Shown piece after piece: positions 49,859-60,237 of a stretch of DNA of 64,000 nt. Numbering within the stretch: position 1 is the first letter of the stretch; every line of letters begins with the position of its first letter. Below the pieces are notes generated by a model, which saw only the letters and a program-made list of their open reading frames with translations, was not told the DNA's origin and did no database searches. Made by a program: the position numbers and the translations under genes. Source of the stretch: an uncultured bacterium (GTDB lineage Bacteria; Auribacterota; Erginobacteria; Erginobacterales; Erginobacteraceae); the NCBI GenBank assembly GCA_963822585.1, contig CAWGIE010000007.1:64001-128000 (forward strand), read 5' to 3'.

Positions 49859-50671
49859 TTACACGCTATTATTTTTCCGCAGGAAAAATAATAGACGATA
49901 GGCGATGATCCCGAGCCATTCATGGAGACACCGGGTGGAGACGGCAAGACACTGCGCGCTGGGCAGGAGACTGAGAGGGTCGAGCGAAAAATCGCCGGCC
50001 AGGAAATCGGCGGGAGCGGGCAGAGGCTCGATCCCGGCATTCTTCATGACCAGGACCGAGCGGCTCATGTGTGTCGATGACGTCACCAGGACGACGCGGT
50101 GAACCGGTCTGCCGGGGAACATACGATCGAGAAGCCGTTTTGTTTCCCGCGCGTTTTCATACGTATTGCGGGAGACCTCCTCCGTCCGGAAATCAGACGC
50201 CGGGATACCCATCGAGACGGCGTAACTCCGGGCCAGACCCGCTTCGAATGATTCCGGGTCGAAAGGATTGCCGCTGCCGCCGCTGTAAATGATCGGCAGC
50301 CGCCCGCCGTATTCCCGGTAGAGTTCAATGCCGTGCCAGAGCCGGTTCCAACTCGGTCCCTGCAGTTCGGGTCGAGGGCTGGCGGACCCCTTCTTCACGG
50401 CTCCGCCGGCCAGGACGACGATCGCTTCCGGCCCCGGATCCCCGGGAATCGGAAGGGGGGTGGCGGGAACCGCGCTCTCCAGGCTTTTCACCAGCAGGAA
50501 GGCGACCGGGCCGGTGGAGAGGAGGTAATAGCCGGCCAGAGTCACGGCGAGGATTATTCTTCCCCACTTCCATTTTTTCCTGAACAACAGGTAGAGGGAA
50601 ACCGCCATCCCGATCAGGATCGCGGTGGGCGGGAGAAAAAAGGGTTTTATCAGTTTTAAAAAGGTAAACAT
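49859..50671 (-). CDS. YdcF/ElyC (DUF218) family protein
   Basis: AIVVLAGG, SGG, SRNTYENA, LVTSSTHMSRS, HEWLG. Confidence 0.9.
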   Translation of the reverse strand: MFTFLKLIKPFFLPPTAILIGMAVSLYLLFRKKWKWGRIILAVTLAGYYLLSTGPVAFLLVKSLESAVPATPLPIPGDPGPEAIVVLAGGAVKKGSASPRPELQGPSWNRLWHGIELYREYGGRLPIIYSGGSGNPFDPESFEAGLARSYAVSMGIPASDFRTEEVSRNTYENARETKRLLDRMFPGRPVHRVVLVTSSTHMSRSVLVMKNAGIEPLPAPADFLAGDFSLDPLSLLPSAQCLAVSTRCLHEWLGIIAYRLLFFLRKNNSV

Positions 50672-50864
50672 TATAAATTAGCGTCTCCGGCGCTCATTTA
50701 ATGAATTTTCACTTTTTAAACTTAAAACAGATTGATGATAGTCTAAAAATGAGTTCGTGTCCAACAGCGCAATCCATAACGGTAAGCCCTGAGCATTATA
50801 CGGGAAAAAACAATACTTTTTCGTCTGTTTCGGAAAAGCAACTAAAACAGCAGTTCGGCAAAGA

Positions 50865-52415
50865 CTATTCGCCTCGCACGCCGTGAACGAATATCAGGTC
50901 GGGGGGCGCGCCCGACCGGTAGGTCTCCTCGATCGTCCGGAGCAGGGGGTACTTTTCCGGATGGGCCCGGATGTACTTGATCGTGTAATAACACCAGATA
51001 AGCGATGGGTCGTCGGTACCGAGGGGGGCCAGATAATGCTGCCCGTAGAGCAGGTACCGGATCGCATACCGGCGGATCAGGTTATCCAGGACGGCGGGCG
51101 AAACCGGGAGCGCCAGCACACGCTTCCCGGTCAGATAAGCCAATTCCGGCGGATAGCCGACCTGGGCCATCACCCCGTCACCGGGAAGGCCGTTGATGAA
51201 GGCGGCGGTCCGGGACGCTTCGACCTCTTTTTGCTGAAGAAAGACAAGATGCCGGGCATCTTTCAGGTATATGACCGCGGCCGCGGCGAGAACCGCGACC
51301 AGGGTCCAGGCCAGCACCTTCCTGAAGAGCAGGGGTCGGGGGAAGCGTCCCGCCAGCAGGTTCAGCCCCTGGCTGAAGAAATAGCTCATCGGCAGAAGGA
51401 TCGGGATCAGGAAACGAGGCTCCGGGTGGAGGACGACCGGAAGGGCAAAAAGGAGCAGCATGACCGCGAAGAAAAAGTCCGCGCTCCGCCGGAGCCGCCC
51501 TCTCAGGAGCGCCCGGAGGGCGCTGTAAACGGCGACAACGGCGATGAAGAAATAAAAGATCAAGTAAAAAAATCCGGGGATGATGACGAGCGGGGAAAGA
51601 GGGTAGACATTGGCGTTGATCCGGAACTCCGAGAAGTCGGGGCTGAAATTAAACATGGTCCGGGTGACGGGGAAATAGCGCGGCGTAAAAAGATGCCGGG
51701 CCGTAAAATCGCGCACGTACTCGATCGTGCCGTCCACGCCGGCGGGATAGAAATCATTCTCCGTGAAGATCCGCCATCTCACCGCCAGCCAGCACCCGTA
51801 AACGGCCAGGAGAAGAAGCAGGGGGATAAGAACCGCCTTCAGATGAACGCCGCGGGGACGGAAGATCAAGTAGGCGGCCGCGAAACAGGGAAAGAGAGAA
51901 ACGGCGAGGTCCGAGGTCAGACCGCAGGCCGCGGCCGCTCCCCCGGCGCCCAGAAGAATCGGGACGGAGGGATAAATCACTCCCCGGATAAAGAGATAAA
52001 GGCTGAGCGTAAAGAATCCCAGGAACAGGGAGTCCTTGTAGATGACCCGTGAGGTCGGGATATGCAGAGGCGATACGGCGAGGATGAAGAGGGCGATGGT
52101 GATCCAGTAGCGGCCTTTGCCCAGGAGGCGAAAAAGGCAGAACAGCGACCAGAAAACGACCATGGAAAAGAACAGAGAGACGGCAATCCCGGCGATATGG
52201 TCGGGGAGGAGCAGGGAAAAAAGACGGATGGCGCCGGGGAAAAGGGGCGGATGGACGATGTACAGCTGATTATTGAAGAGCAGGTGCCGGGGGAAGGAGC
52301 GCGCCAGGGCGAGGTATTTCGCTTCATCCAGGGAGATGAAGCAGAATGAAGATGAAACAAATATCCGTACCAGGAGAAAGAGAAGAAAGGTCGCAATTAC
52401 CGGGGCATTCTTCAC
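50865..52415 (-). CDS. GT-C (ArnT/PMT-like) membrane glycosyltransferase
   Basis: DEAKYL, HPPLFP, EPRFLIPILLP, multi-TM. Confidence 0.72.
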   Translation of the reverse strand: MKNAPVIATFLLFLLVRIFVSSSFCFISLDEAKYLALARSFPRHLLFNNQLYIVHPPLFPGAIRLFSLLLPDHIAGIAVSLFFSMVVFWSLFCLFRLLGKGRYWITIALFILAVSPLHIPTSRVIYKDSLFLGFFTLSLYLFIRGVIYPSVPILLGAGGAAAACGLTSDLAVSLFPCFAAAYLIFRPRGVHLKAVLIPLLLLLAVYGCWLAVRWRIFTENDFYPAGVDGTIEYVRDFTARHLFTPRYFPVTRTMFNFSPDFSEFRINANVYPLSPLVIIPGFFYLIFYFFIAVVAVYSALRALLRGRLRRSADFFFAVMLLLFALPVVLHPEPRFLIPILLPMSYFFSQGLNLLAGRFPRPLLFRKVLAWTLVAVLAAAAVIYLKDARHLVFLQQKEVEASRTAAFINGLPGDGVMAQVGYPPELAYLTGKRVLALPVSPAVLDNLIRRYAIRYLLYGQHYLAPLGTDDPSLIWCYYTIKYIRAHPEKYPLLRTIEETYRSGAPPDLIFVHGVRGE

Positions 52416-52876
52416 TCTTCCTCCCTGATCTCCGTTTCCACGATTACCGGGATGGCGGGGGTTTTTCTTTCTTCCGTCACCGCGTTGCCCGATGCCTGCG
52501 CTTCCTTGAGCCAGAAGATCAGGGTGTAGGACTGCCAGCCGCTGTACCAGTCGGTGGTCAGGTCGACGGTTTTCAAGGCCCCCAGTTCGCGGCTCTTTTC
52601 GGTCACCATCCCCACGGCGCTGTCGGGGCTGACGGTATCACGGAAGAAATGCCAGCTCCCCGGTTCCCGGCAACTCCCGGTGATGACCGGGCAGGACTCG
52701 AATCCGAGGAAGTAGATTCCCCAGATGTCGGAGTGGACGTGGGCGACCGGGCGGGCGCCGGACTCGGTCAGCTGCTGGTCGTGCAGCTCCGAAGTCACGA
52801 AAACGCTCGAGCACCCCGCGGCGACCCACGCCGTCAGACCGAGGAGGCCGGGAATTATCGTCTTCGACGGGATCAT
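52412..52876 (-). CDS. Hypothetical lipoprotein
   Basis: Lipobox AAGC; 4-bp overlap with downstream gene. Confidence 0.7.
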   Translation of the reverse strand: MIPSKTIIPGLLGLTAWVAAGCSSVFVTSELHDQQLTESGARPVAHVHSDIWGIYFLGFESCPVITGSCREPGSWHFFRDTVSPDSAVGMVTEKSRELGALKTVDLTTDWYSGWQSYTLIFWLKEAQASGNAVTEERKTPAIPVIVETEIREEE

Positions 52877-53076
52877 CGTTTCACCTCTTCTTCGTCTTCG
52901 ACCAAGCTGTACATTAGCGCCGAAGGCGCTAATTTAAGAGAATATACTATTATCTTCTTTTCCCGCAGAAAAAAGTAACCTTTTCCCGCCGGGGAACGAT
53001 TAGGGTGACGCGGGAAATAGTAACAACAACCCGCGTCAACCAGCTTAAACCCCGAAAGGGGAAGGAGGAGAAAGGC

Positions 53077-53574
53077 ATGAAGAAGAAAAAGACAATGGCG
53101 ATGGTATTGATCGGGCTGGCCGTTGCCGGCGGAGCGATCCCGACCGTCCAGGCCCGGGATGCGGGGGATGTTACCCTCGCTCCGGCGGCACGGATCGGGC
53201 AGTTGCTGCTGAAGCTGGATCTGAGCGACGTCCAGAAAAAAGAGATCGCCGAGGTCATCACCCGCAACCGGGAGGGGAACCGGGAAATGATCCGGGAAAT
53301 CATCGCCGCCCGGCGGGAGCTGACAACTGCCATTCACGGCGGCGCCTTCGACGAGGTCGCCGTCCGGACTTCCGCCCGTGTGGTCGGAAACATGGCCGAG
53401 GAGTTCGCCGTCCGGCGGGCCCGCCAGTCGGCCGAGATCCGGTCGATTCTCACCGAGCCACAGCGGGCGCTGCTCCGGGAAGCCGGGGAAGGAATCTTCG
53501 AAAAGATCGAGGGGAGACTGGACCAGGCTTACCTGCTGGTCGATCTCTGGGCCGCGCGGCAGGCGGAGTTGTAA
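53077..53574 (+). CDS. Spy/CpxP family periplasmic protein
   Basis: Signal peptide, LDLSDVQ, ILTEPQR (LTxxQ motifs). Confidence 0.82.
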   Translation: MKKKKTMAMVLIGLAVAGGAIPTVQARDAGDVTLAPAARIGQLLLKLDLSDVQKKEIAEVITRNREGNREMIREIIAARRELTTAIHGGAFDEVAVRTSARVVGNMAEEFAVRRARQSAEIRSILTEPQRALLREAGEGIFEKIEGRLDQAYLLVDLWAARQAEL

Positions 53575-53862
53575 CCCGCAAAATAAAGGACGGGCAACGG
53601 CCCGGACGGCGCGAGACGCCCTCCGGGCCGTTGCCCGGTCCGAAACGAGTCGGAAGGGGATGAAAAAATGAGAGGAGACGTCCGGCGACCTCACTGACGG
53701 CGCCCCTGGCCGCCGCGACTACAAGTTTGGCGGTTATCATTTTTTGTCCGATATGGTATCTATAGGGATCCCCTTGATGCGGATTGAAGCCTGATTTTTC
53801 TCAACCGATAGGCCGACATTCTTCAATGAAACGGGGGATGGCCCGGGAACGGCGGTTCGTTC

Positions 53863-54441
53863 ATGACAGACCGGAAAGACAGGGAGATCATCGAGGAAGT
53901 ATTGGCCGGCAACGTCGATGCCTTTGAAGAACTGATCGTCCGCTACGAGAAGCGGGTATTCTCGATCGTGAGCCGGCATCTTCCCTCCGATAAAGTGGCG
54001 GAGACTGCCCACGAGGTCTTCTGCCGGGCATACCGGTCCCTGGGCGGTTACCGTCCCCAAAAACCTTTCGAGCACTGGATATCGAAAGTGGCGGTGCGAA
54101 CGTGCTGCGATTACTGGCGGCGGGAGAAACGGTCCCGTGAGGTCGTATTTTCCGCCTTCGCAAAAGACGGCCAGGAAGTGATGGAGGCCGTTCTCTCCGG
54201 AAAGGCGAACGATCAATACGATCTCGAACAGCGCCGGCTCCACGCCCGGGAACTTCTGGCCCGGCTCCTGGACCGGCTGTCGGCGGATGACCGGATGGCT
54301 CTTACCCTGACCTATCTGGAAGGGCATTCCCTGCGGGAAGCGGCCGAATTGACGGGCTGGAGCACGGCGGCGATCAAAATCAGGTGTCACCGGGCCCGGC
54401 GAACCTTGCAAAAATCCCTGGTGGATGAAACGGGAGGTTAG
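53863..54441 (+). CDS. ECF RNA polymerase sigma factor
   Basis: AFEELIVRY, FEHWISKVAVRTCCDYWR, region 4 HTH. Confidence 0.9.
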   Translation: MTDRKDREIIEEVLAGNVDAFEELIVRYEKRVFSIVSRHLPSDKVAETAHEVFCRAYRSLGGYRPQKPFEHWISKVAVRTCCDYWRREKRSREVVFSAFAKDGQEVMEAVLSGKANDQYDLEQRRLHARELLARLLDRLSADDRMALTLTYLEGHSLREAAELTGWSTAAIKIRCHRARRTLQKSLVDETGG

Positions 54442-54443
54442 CC

Positions 54444-54767
54444 ATGAATGATAAAGAGGATAAGAACCAACGGCTGATGACGGCGCTGCGGGACGCGCAT
54501 AACAACCCTCCCCCCGTGCTTCCGGACCGGCCCTGGCGGCAGGAAGTGATGGGGGAGATACGCTCCCTGCGGCCGCCGATCCGGGGAGGAACGGAGCGCG
54601 TCATCGTTCCGCCGGCATTTTACCGGTTGGCGCCCGTTCTGACGGCGGCCTCGATAGCCGTTTTCGCCCTCGCCTGGTCAACCATGGGCGGTCTCTATAA
54701 CGAGCTGACCCTGCTCGCGCTGACCAATCTGCCCCGGACCGTCGAGCTGTATCTCTCCGGTCTTTAG
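54444..54767 (+). CDS. Putative membrane anti-sigma factor
   Basis: Follows ECF sigma; single TM. Confidence 0.6.
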   Translation: MNDKEDKNQRLMTALRDAHNNPPPVLPDRPWRQEVMGEIRSLRPPIRGGTERVIVPPAFYRLAPVLTAASIAVFALAWSTMGGLYNELTLLALTNLPRTVELYLSGL

Positions 54768-54939
54768 AATCCACCCGCATGAAAATAAATAGAAAAAATA
54801 ATTACTAACCACGAAGAACACGAAGTACACGAAGAAAGACAGGAGAAATATACCGATCATCTATATTTTAAAAATTTCTTCGTGATCTTCGTGTCCTTCG
54901 TGGTTAAATAGTGAGCTTTTACCCCAAAGGAGAATATCG

Positions 54940-55344
54940 ATGAACCGCTGGAAATTCTGGATCGTGGCGGCCGCGCTCTTCGTCTCCGGCGCCCTTCTGG
55001 GGAGCGCCGGGACCGCCTTATATGTCAGGCATTCCCTCCGGCAGATAATGGCGGGTGATTCCACCATTGTCCACCGGGCCATCATGCGCCGGCTGACGCG
55101 GGAACTCGATCTGACGGACGAGCAGCAAACCCGGGCGAAAGAAGTTATCCGCGCCGGGCAGGAGCGCATGGCCGTCATCCGCCGGGAGACCGCCCCCCGG
55201 ATCGGCATGGCTATCGACGAAACCATCGCTGACCTGAAGAAGATCCTCTCGGTCGAACAGGGGCGGGATCTCGACCGCCTGGTGGGGAAGATGAAGTCCC
55301 GCTGGAATATCCCCGGGAGAGAGAAAGCGGCTGCCCTTCCCTGA
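54940..55344 (+). CDS. Periplasmic LTxxQ-type (Spy/CpxP-like) protein
   Basis: LFVSGALLG anchor, RELDLTDEQ, ILSVEQ. Confidence 0.7.
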   Translation: MNRWKFWIVAAALFVSGALLGSAGTALYVRHSLRQIMAGDSTIVHRAIMRRLTRELDLTDEQQTRAKEVIRAGQERMAVIRRETAPRIGMAIDETIADLKKILSVEQGRDLDRLVGKMKSRWNIPGREKAAALP

Positions 55345-55519
55345 CGGCGAAGATACGGATGTCCGCCGCAATGGTTCGTCCGGCGAAAGCCTTCGGGAAA
55401 ATTGCTTGTATCATCCCTCCTGTATTCTGTATCCTTTATTCCGTATCCGATACCTGCGGGATTGCATAGATATTCAGTAGTGAAGAATAGTGCCAACGAA
55501 CGCCATAAGGAGGGGTATC

Positions 55520-56581
55520 ATGACAGCGCGCCTGTTCTCGGCCTACCTGTTGTCGCTTCTGTTGATCGTCCCTTCCGCCTTGCCGGCGGATAAGCTTCCC
55601 CTGGTCTGGATCGTCTCCACCGGGGGTACCATCGCCGAGAGGATCAATCCGGCCACCGGCGCCGCGGTGCCGGCCGTCTCCGGGGACGACCTGATCAAAG
55701 CGGTCCCCGACCTGGCCAAGGTCGCCCGGATCAAGGTCTTCTCCCTCTGCAATATCGACAGCTCTCACATGACCCCGGAGATCTGGAGGAAGCTGGCGTT
55801 GAAAGTCAACGAGCTGCTGGCCGACCCGGAAGTGAAGGGTGTCGTCGTCACCCATGGGACCGACACCATGGCCGAGGGAGCGTTCTTCCTGGAGCTGACC
55901 GTGACCTCGAAAAAGCCCGTGGTCTTCGTGGGGGCGATGCGGAACGCCTCCGATCTCAGCCCGGACGGTCCCGCCAACATCATGAATGCCGTCATCCAGG
56001 TCTGCTCCCCGGAGGGCACCGACTGGGGGGTGACGGTGACTCTCAACAACTACATCAACTCCGCCTGGTACGTGAAGAAGACCGAATCCACCAACCCCCA
56101 GACCTTTGTCTCCGGCCCGCACGGATACCTGGGCTATATAATGATGGGCAAGGTTCAGCGTTTGAACGACCAGCCGCGGTCCCTGAAGTTTCCCATCCCC
56201 GGGAAACTGCCGGAGGTCATCCCCCACGCCGCCTTCGCGGGCGATGACGGTTCACTGGTCCGCCGCGCCGTCGCCGACGGCGCGCGGGGACTGGTGATCG
56301 AAGGGGTGGGATCCGGGAACGTCAACCCGGAGGTCACCGCCGCGATCCAGGAGGCGCTGGACAAAAAAATCCCGGTCGTCATCACCACCCGGGTGGAGTG
56401 GGGGGGCGTGGTCCCGGCTTACGGGGACATCGGCGGGGGGGAATATCTGCAGAAGATGGGGTGCGTGTTGGGGGGGCAGATCGATACCTTCAAGGCTCGC
56501 CTTCTCCTCATGCTCGCACTCGCCCAAACCGACTTCTCGACGGAGAAGCTGAAATCGTACTTCGAGTATGACATTGACTGA
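55520..56581 (+). CDS. ansB: L-asparaginase, type II (secreted)
   Basis: Signal peptide, STGGTIA, THGTDTM, GAMR, DGPAN. Confidence 0.9.
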   Translation: MTARLFSAYLLSLLLIVPSALPADKLPLVWIVSTGGTIAERINPATGAAVPAVSGDDLIKAVPDLAKVARIKVFSLCNIDSSHMTPEIWRKLALKVNELLADPEVKGVVVTHGTDTMAEGAFFLELTVTSKKPVVFVGAMRNASDLSPDGPANIMNAVIQVCSPEGTDWGVTVTLNNYINSAWYVKKTESTNPQTFVSGPHGYLGYIMMGKVQRLNDQPRSLKFPIPGKLPEVIPHAAFAGDDGSLVRRAVADGARGLVIEGVGSGNVNPEVTAAIQEALDKKIPVVITTRVEWGGVVPAYGDIGGGEYLQKMGCVLGGQIDTFKARLLLMLALAQTDFSTEKLKSYFEYDID

Positions 56582-56786
56582 GAGATCAGCGAACCGGATA
56601 CTTCGACACGCGTTTCGATGGTTTTTAAGCGGGAGTAATGGAGTGATGGAATAATGGAGTAATGGACTCCGCCATACATTCCCAACACTCCACCATTCCA
56701 TTACTCCATCACTCCATTCAGACGTAACCTGTATTTCGAATAATTCATTAAACACGGTTTCATTTCAACCACGGAGGTATAAGCCC

Positions 56787-58385
56787 ATGGACAGAGCGAA
56801 AGTCGAAAAAAAATACGAGGCGTTGAGCCCTTTCGAGCTGAAGGACCAGCTGATCGCGATGGCGCAGAACCCCCGGATCAAGATGATGCTCAACGCCGGG
56901 CGGGGCAACCCGAACTGGGTCGCGGTCTTCCCCCGGCTGGCCTTCTCGATCCTGACAATATTTGCCATCGAGGAAGCGCACCGGGTGATGAGCCGTCCCG
57001 GTATCGCCGGCGCGCCGGACTCCAAGGGGATGGGCGAGCGTTTTCTGGATTTCTGCAAGCGCAAAGCCGAGCAGCGGGGTACTCAGCTGTTGGAGAACGG
57101 ATATCAATACGTGACCGGGGAGCTCGGTCTGGACGGCGATTCCTTCATCGGAGAGATGGTCGATGGGATTCTGGGCGATCATTATCCGGTCCCCGACCGG
57201 GTCCTCAACAATACCGAGAAGGTCGTCCGGGCCTACCTCGATAATACCATGTGCGATAACCAGCCCCCGGCCGGGACGATGGACATTTTCGTCACCGAAG
57301 GCGGGACCGCCGCCATGACCTATATCTTCAATACTCTCAAGGAAAACTTCCTCCTCAACCCCGGCGACAAGATCGCCATCGGCACACCGATCTTCACCCC
57401 CTACATCGAAATCCCCCCTCTTAACGATTACCAACTGGTCGAGATCGAGGTTGAACAGGATGAGGACAGTAACTGGCAATATCCGGCCGCGGAACTGGAA
57501 AAGCTGGCCGATCCCGCCATCAAGGCCTTCTTTATCGTCAATCCCTCCAATCCTACTTCGGTGAGCATGGCCCAGGAATCGCTGGACAAGATCGCCGAAC
57601 TGGTCAACACGCGGCGGAAGGACCTGATCCTCCTCACCGACGACGTTTACGGCACCTTCGTCAACGGCTTCAAGTCGCTGGTGGCCATCGCTCCGAAAAA
57701 CACCATCCTGGTCTATTCCTACTCCAAGTACTTCGGGGCCACCGGCTGGCGGCTGGGGGCGATCGGGATCTACCAGGACAACGTGATGGACAAGATGATC
57801 GCCGCCCTCCCCGCGGAGAAGAAGCAGGAACTCTATGAGCGCTACAAGACCATCTCCACCGATCCGGCCTCCATCAAGTTGATCGACCGGATGGTGGCCG
57901 ACAGCCGGGCGGTCGCCCTCAATCATACCGCGGGGCTCTCCACCCCCCAGCAGGTGATGATGGTCCTCTTCTCGCTCCAGGAACTCCTCGACTCCGACTA
58001 CCACCTCTACAAGAAAGAGATGCAGGCCATCGTCCACGAACGCTATGAGACCCTCTACCAGGCGTTGGGGACCGAGGGGCCGGAGCTGCCCTTCTACGCC
58101 TGTTATTACACGACGATCGACATCCGCAAGCTGGCCCGGGAGCGCTACGGGGACGCTTTCGGCGAATGGATGGAGAGCGCCCACGAGCCCATCGATTTCG
58201 TCTGGCGGCTGGCCCAAGAGAAGGGGATCGTCCTCATGGACGGCGGGGGATTCGACGCCCCCGAGATGTCGGTCCGGGTATCGCTCGCCAACCTCTTCAA
58301 GCCGGATTACGAGAAGATCGGCAAGGGCATCAGCGACCTCCTCGACCAGTACAAGAAGGAGTGGGAGAAAAGTAAAAAAAAGTAA
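56787..58385 (+). CDS. aspD: Aspartate 4-decarboxylase
   Basis: LSPFELKD, LNAGRGNPNW, TEGGTAAM, YSYSKYFGATGWRLG, HTAGLSTPQQ. Confidence 0.93.
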   Translation: MDRAKVEKKYEALSPFELKDQLIAMAQNPRIKMMLNAGRGNPNWVAVFPRLAFSILTIFAIEEAHRVMSRPGIAGAPDSKGMGERFLDFCKRKAEQRGTQLLENGYQYVTGELGLDGDSFIGEMVDGILGDHYPVPDRVLNNTEKVVRAYLDNTMCDNQPPAGTMDIFVTEGGTAAMTYIFNTLKENFLLNPGDKIAIGTPIFTPYIEIPPLNDYQLVEIEVEQDEDSNWQYPAAELEKLADPAIKAFFIVNPSNPTSVSMAQESLDKIAELVNTRRKDLILLTDDVYGTFVNGFKSLVAIAPKNTILVYSYSKYFGATGWRLGAIGIYQDNVMDKMIAALPAEKKQELYERYKTISTDPASIKLIDRMVADSRAVALNHTAGLSTPQQVMMVLFSLQELLDSDYHLYKKEMQAIVHERYETLYQALGTEGPELPFYACYYTTIDIRKLARERYGDAFGEWMESAHEPIDFVWRLAQEKGIVLMDGGGFDAPEMSVRVSLANLFKPDYEKIGKGISDLLDQYKKEWEKSKKK

Positions 58386-58483
58386 TCAGTAATCGGTGAT
58401 CGGTAATCGGCGAAAGCGGTCAGCCGGTTACTGATTACTTGATTACTGATCACTGATTACTGTCTTTCTAAGGAGGTGTTGGC

Positions 58484-60229
58484 ATGATCCATACTATCTT
58501 AGCGTTCCTGCGCGCGAACCCCTCTATTCTTCTCTTCGCGGCCCTGGCCGGGGGGTACGCTCTGGGAAAAGTCAAGTTCGGCAAGTCCTTCTCCCTCGGC
58601 TCCACCACCAGCGTCCTTCTGGTAGCGATCGTTCTGGGCGCGTTAATATTTCACGGCCATGACCAGGGGCTCGACCTGGGACTGATCAAGACCGTCTCTT
58701 TCGGGTTCTTCATCTTCGCCATCGGCTACAAGGTCGGTCCCGACTTCATCGGGGGACTGAAGCGCGGCGGGGTAAAATACGTTCTGGTCGCGGTCTTCTT
58801 CTGCGTGGTGGCGCTGATCGCCGCCGTTTTCCTGGCCAGGGCCTTCGGCCTCACCAAAGGCTACGCCGGCGGCCTGATGGCCGGAGCGCTGACCCAGTCC
58901 TCGATCATCGGGACCGCCGACGGGGCTATTCAGCATCTTGCCACCGGGAAGACCGTTTCCATCCTCAGTTCGGCCATCAATCTCAAATCCGAAGTGGCGG
59001 TGGCCTATGCCGTCACCTATATCTTCGGCACCGCGGGTCTGATCATTCTCCTCAAGGTGATCGGCAAGGTCTGGCGGATCGATCTTCCCGCCGAGGCCCG
59101 GAAAGCCCAGGCCGCTCTGGGTGCCGTCCAGGCCCAGGATACCCTGGAAGCCTTTCACTGGTCGAATCTGATCGTCCCCCGGGCGTATCATCTGGAAAAC
59201 CCGGATGTCATCGGGAAGACCGTTAAAGAGGTTGAAGAATCCTATCAGAAAGACGGCCCCTCCGACGCCTACCATGACGCCTATGTATCCATCATCAAGA
59301 TCAAGCGCGGAGACCAGGTCATCGACACCGTTGCCGAGGACATGAAATTGGAGAAGGGAGATGTCATTATCATCACCGGTCGGCGTTCCAGCCTCTTCGA
59401 TTCCTGCGTGGAATTCGGCCCGGAAGTTACCGACTCCGTCATCGAAGAGATGATCGGGGAGATCATCCCGATCTGCCTGACCAACAAGAAACTGGACGGG
59501 AAGACCTTCGATCAGATCTTCACCGATTACGGACACGGATGTTTCGTGAGGAGCGTCACCCGCCAGGGCCACGAGCTTCCCCTCGGCCCGCAGCTGAAAA
59601 TCTACCGGGGTGACATCATCAATGTGATCGGAGACCGGCCCGACGTGGAGGAACTGGTCCGGGTGATCGGCTACCCCGAACGGCAGTCAAATATAACCGA
59701 CCTGGTCACGGTGGGGATCGGACTCATCGTCGGAACCTTGATCGGTCTGGTGGCGATCAAGATCGGGGGCATCCCCATCACCCTCGGGGTGGGAGGAGGG
59801 GTCCTGGTCTCCGGTCTCTTCTTCGGCTGGCTCCGCTCGGTAAAGCCCACCTTCGGGCTGATCCCTACCGCGACGGTGTGGATTTTCACCGACCTGGGGC
59901 TGAACTTCTTCATCGCCTGCGTCGGGATCACGGCCGGTCCGCGGGCCCTCGACGCCCTGAGGACGGCGGGGATCAACATATTCCTGGCCGGGATCTGCCT
60001 GACCTCCATCCCCCATATCCTGACCTGGATCTTCGGCCTCTACCTGCTCAAGCTCAACCCGGTTCTTCTCCTGGGAGCGATGACCGGGGCCGGCACCTGT
60101 ACCGCGGCCATGAACTCGGTGAAGGAAGACGCCCAAAGCGCGGTGCCGGTGATCGGCTACACCGTACCCTACGCGATCGGGAACGTTCTCCTCACCGTCT
60201 GGGGGGCCTTGATTATTAGTCTTGTCTGA
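58484..60229 (+). CDS. aspT: Aspartate:alanine antiporter
   Basis: AAE family topology with two TrkA-C domains; GYTVPYAIGNVLLT; directly after aspD. Confidence 0.9.
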   Translation: MIHTILAFLRANPSILLFAALAGGYALGKVKFGKSFSLGSTTSVLLVAIVLGALIFHGHDQGLDLGLIKTVSFGFFIFAIGYKVGPDFIGGLKRGGVKYVLVAVFFCVVALIAAVFLARAFGLTKGYAGGLMAGALTQSSIIGTADGAIQHLATGKTVSILSSAINLKSEVAVAYAVTYIFGTAGLIILLKVIGKVWRIDLPAEARKAQAALGAVQAQDTLEAFHWSNLIVPRAYHLENPDVIGKTVKEVEESYQKDGPSDAYHDAYVSIIKIKRGDQVIDTVAEDMKLEKGDVIIITGRRSSLFDSCVEFGPEVTDSVIEEMIGEIIPICLTNKKLDGKTFDQIFTDYGHGCFVRSVTRQGHELPLGPQLKIYRGDIINVIGDRPDVEELVRVIGYPERQSNITDLVTVGIGLIVGTLIGLVAIKIGGIPITLGVGGGVLVSGLFFGWLRSVKPTFGLIPTATVWIFTDLGLNFFIACVGITAGPRALDALRTAGINIFLAGICLTSIPHILTWIFGLYLLKLNPVLLLGAMTGAGTCTAAMNSVKEDAQSAVPVIGYTVPYAIGNVLLTVWGALIISLV

Positions 60230-60237
60230 CGGCCGAG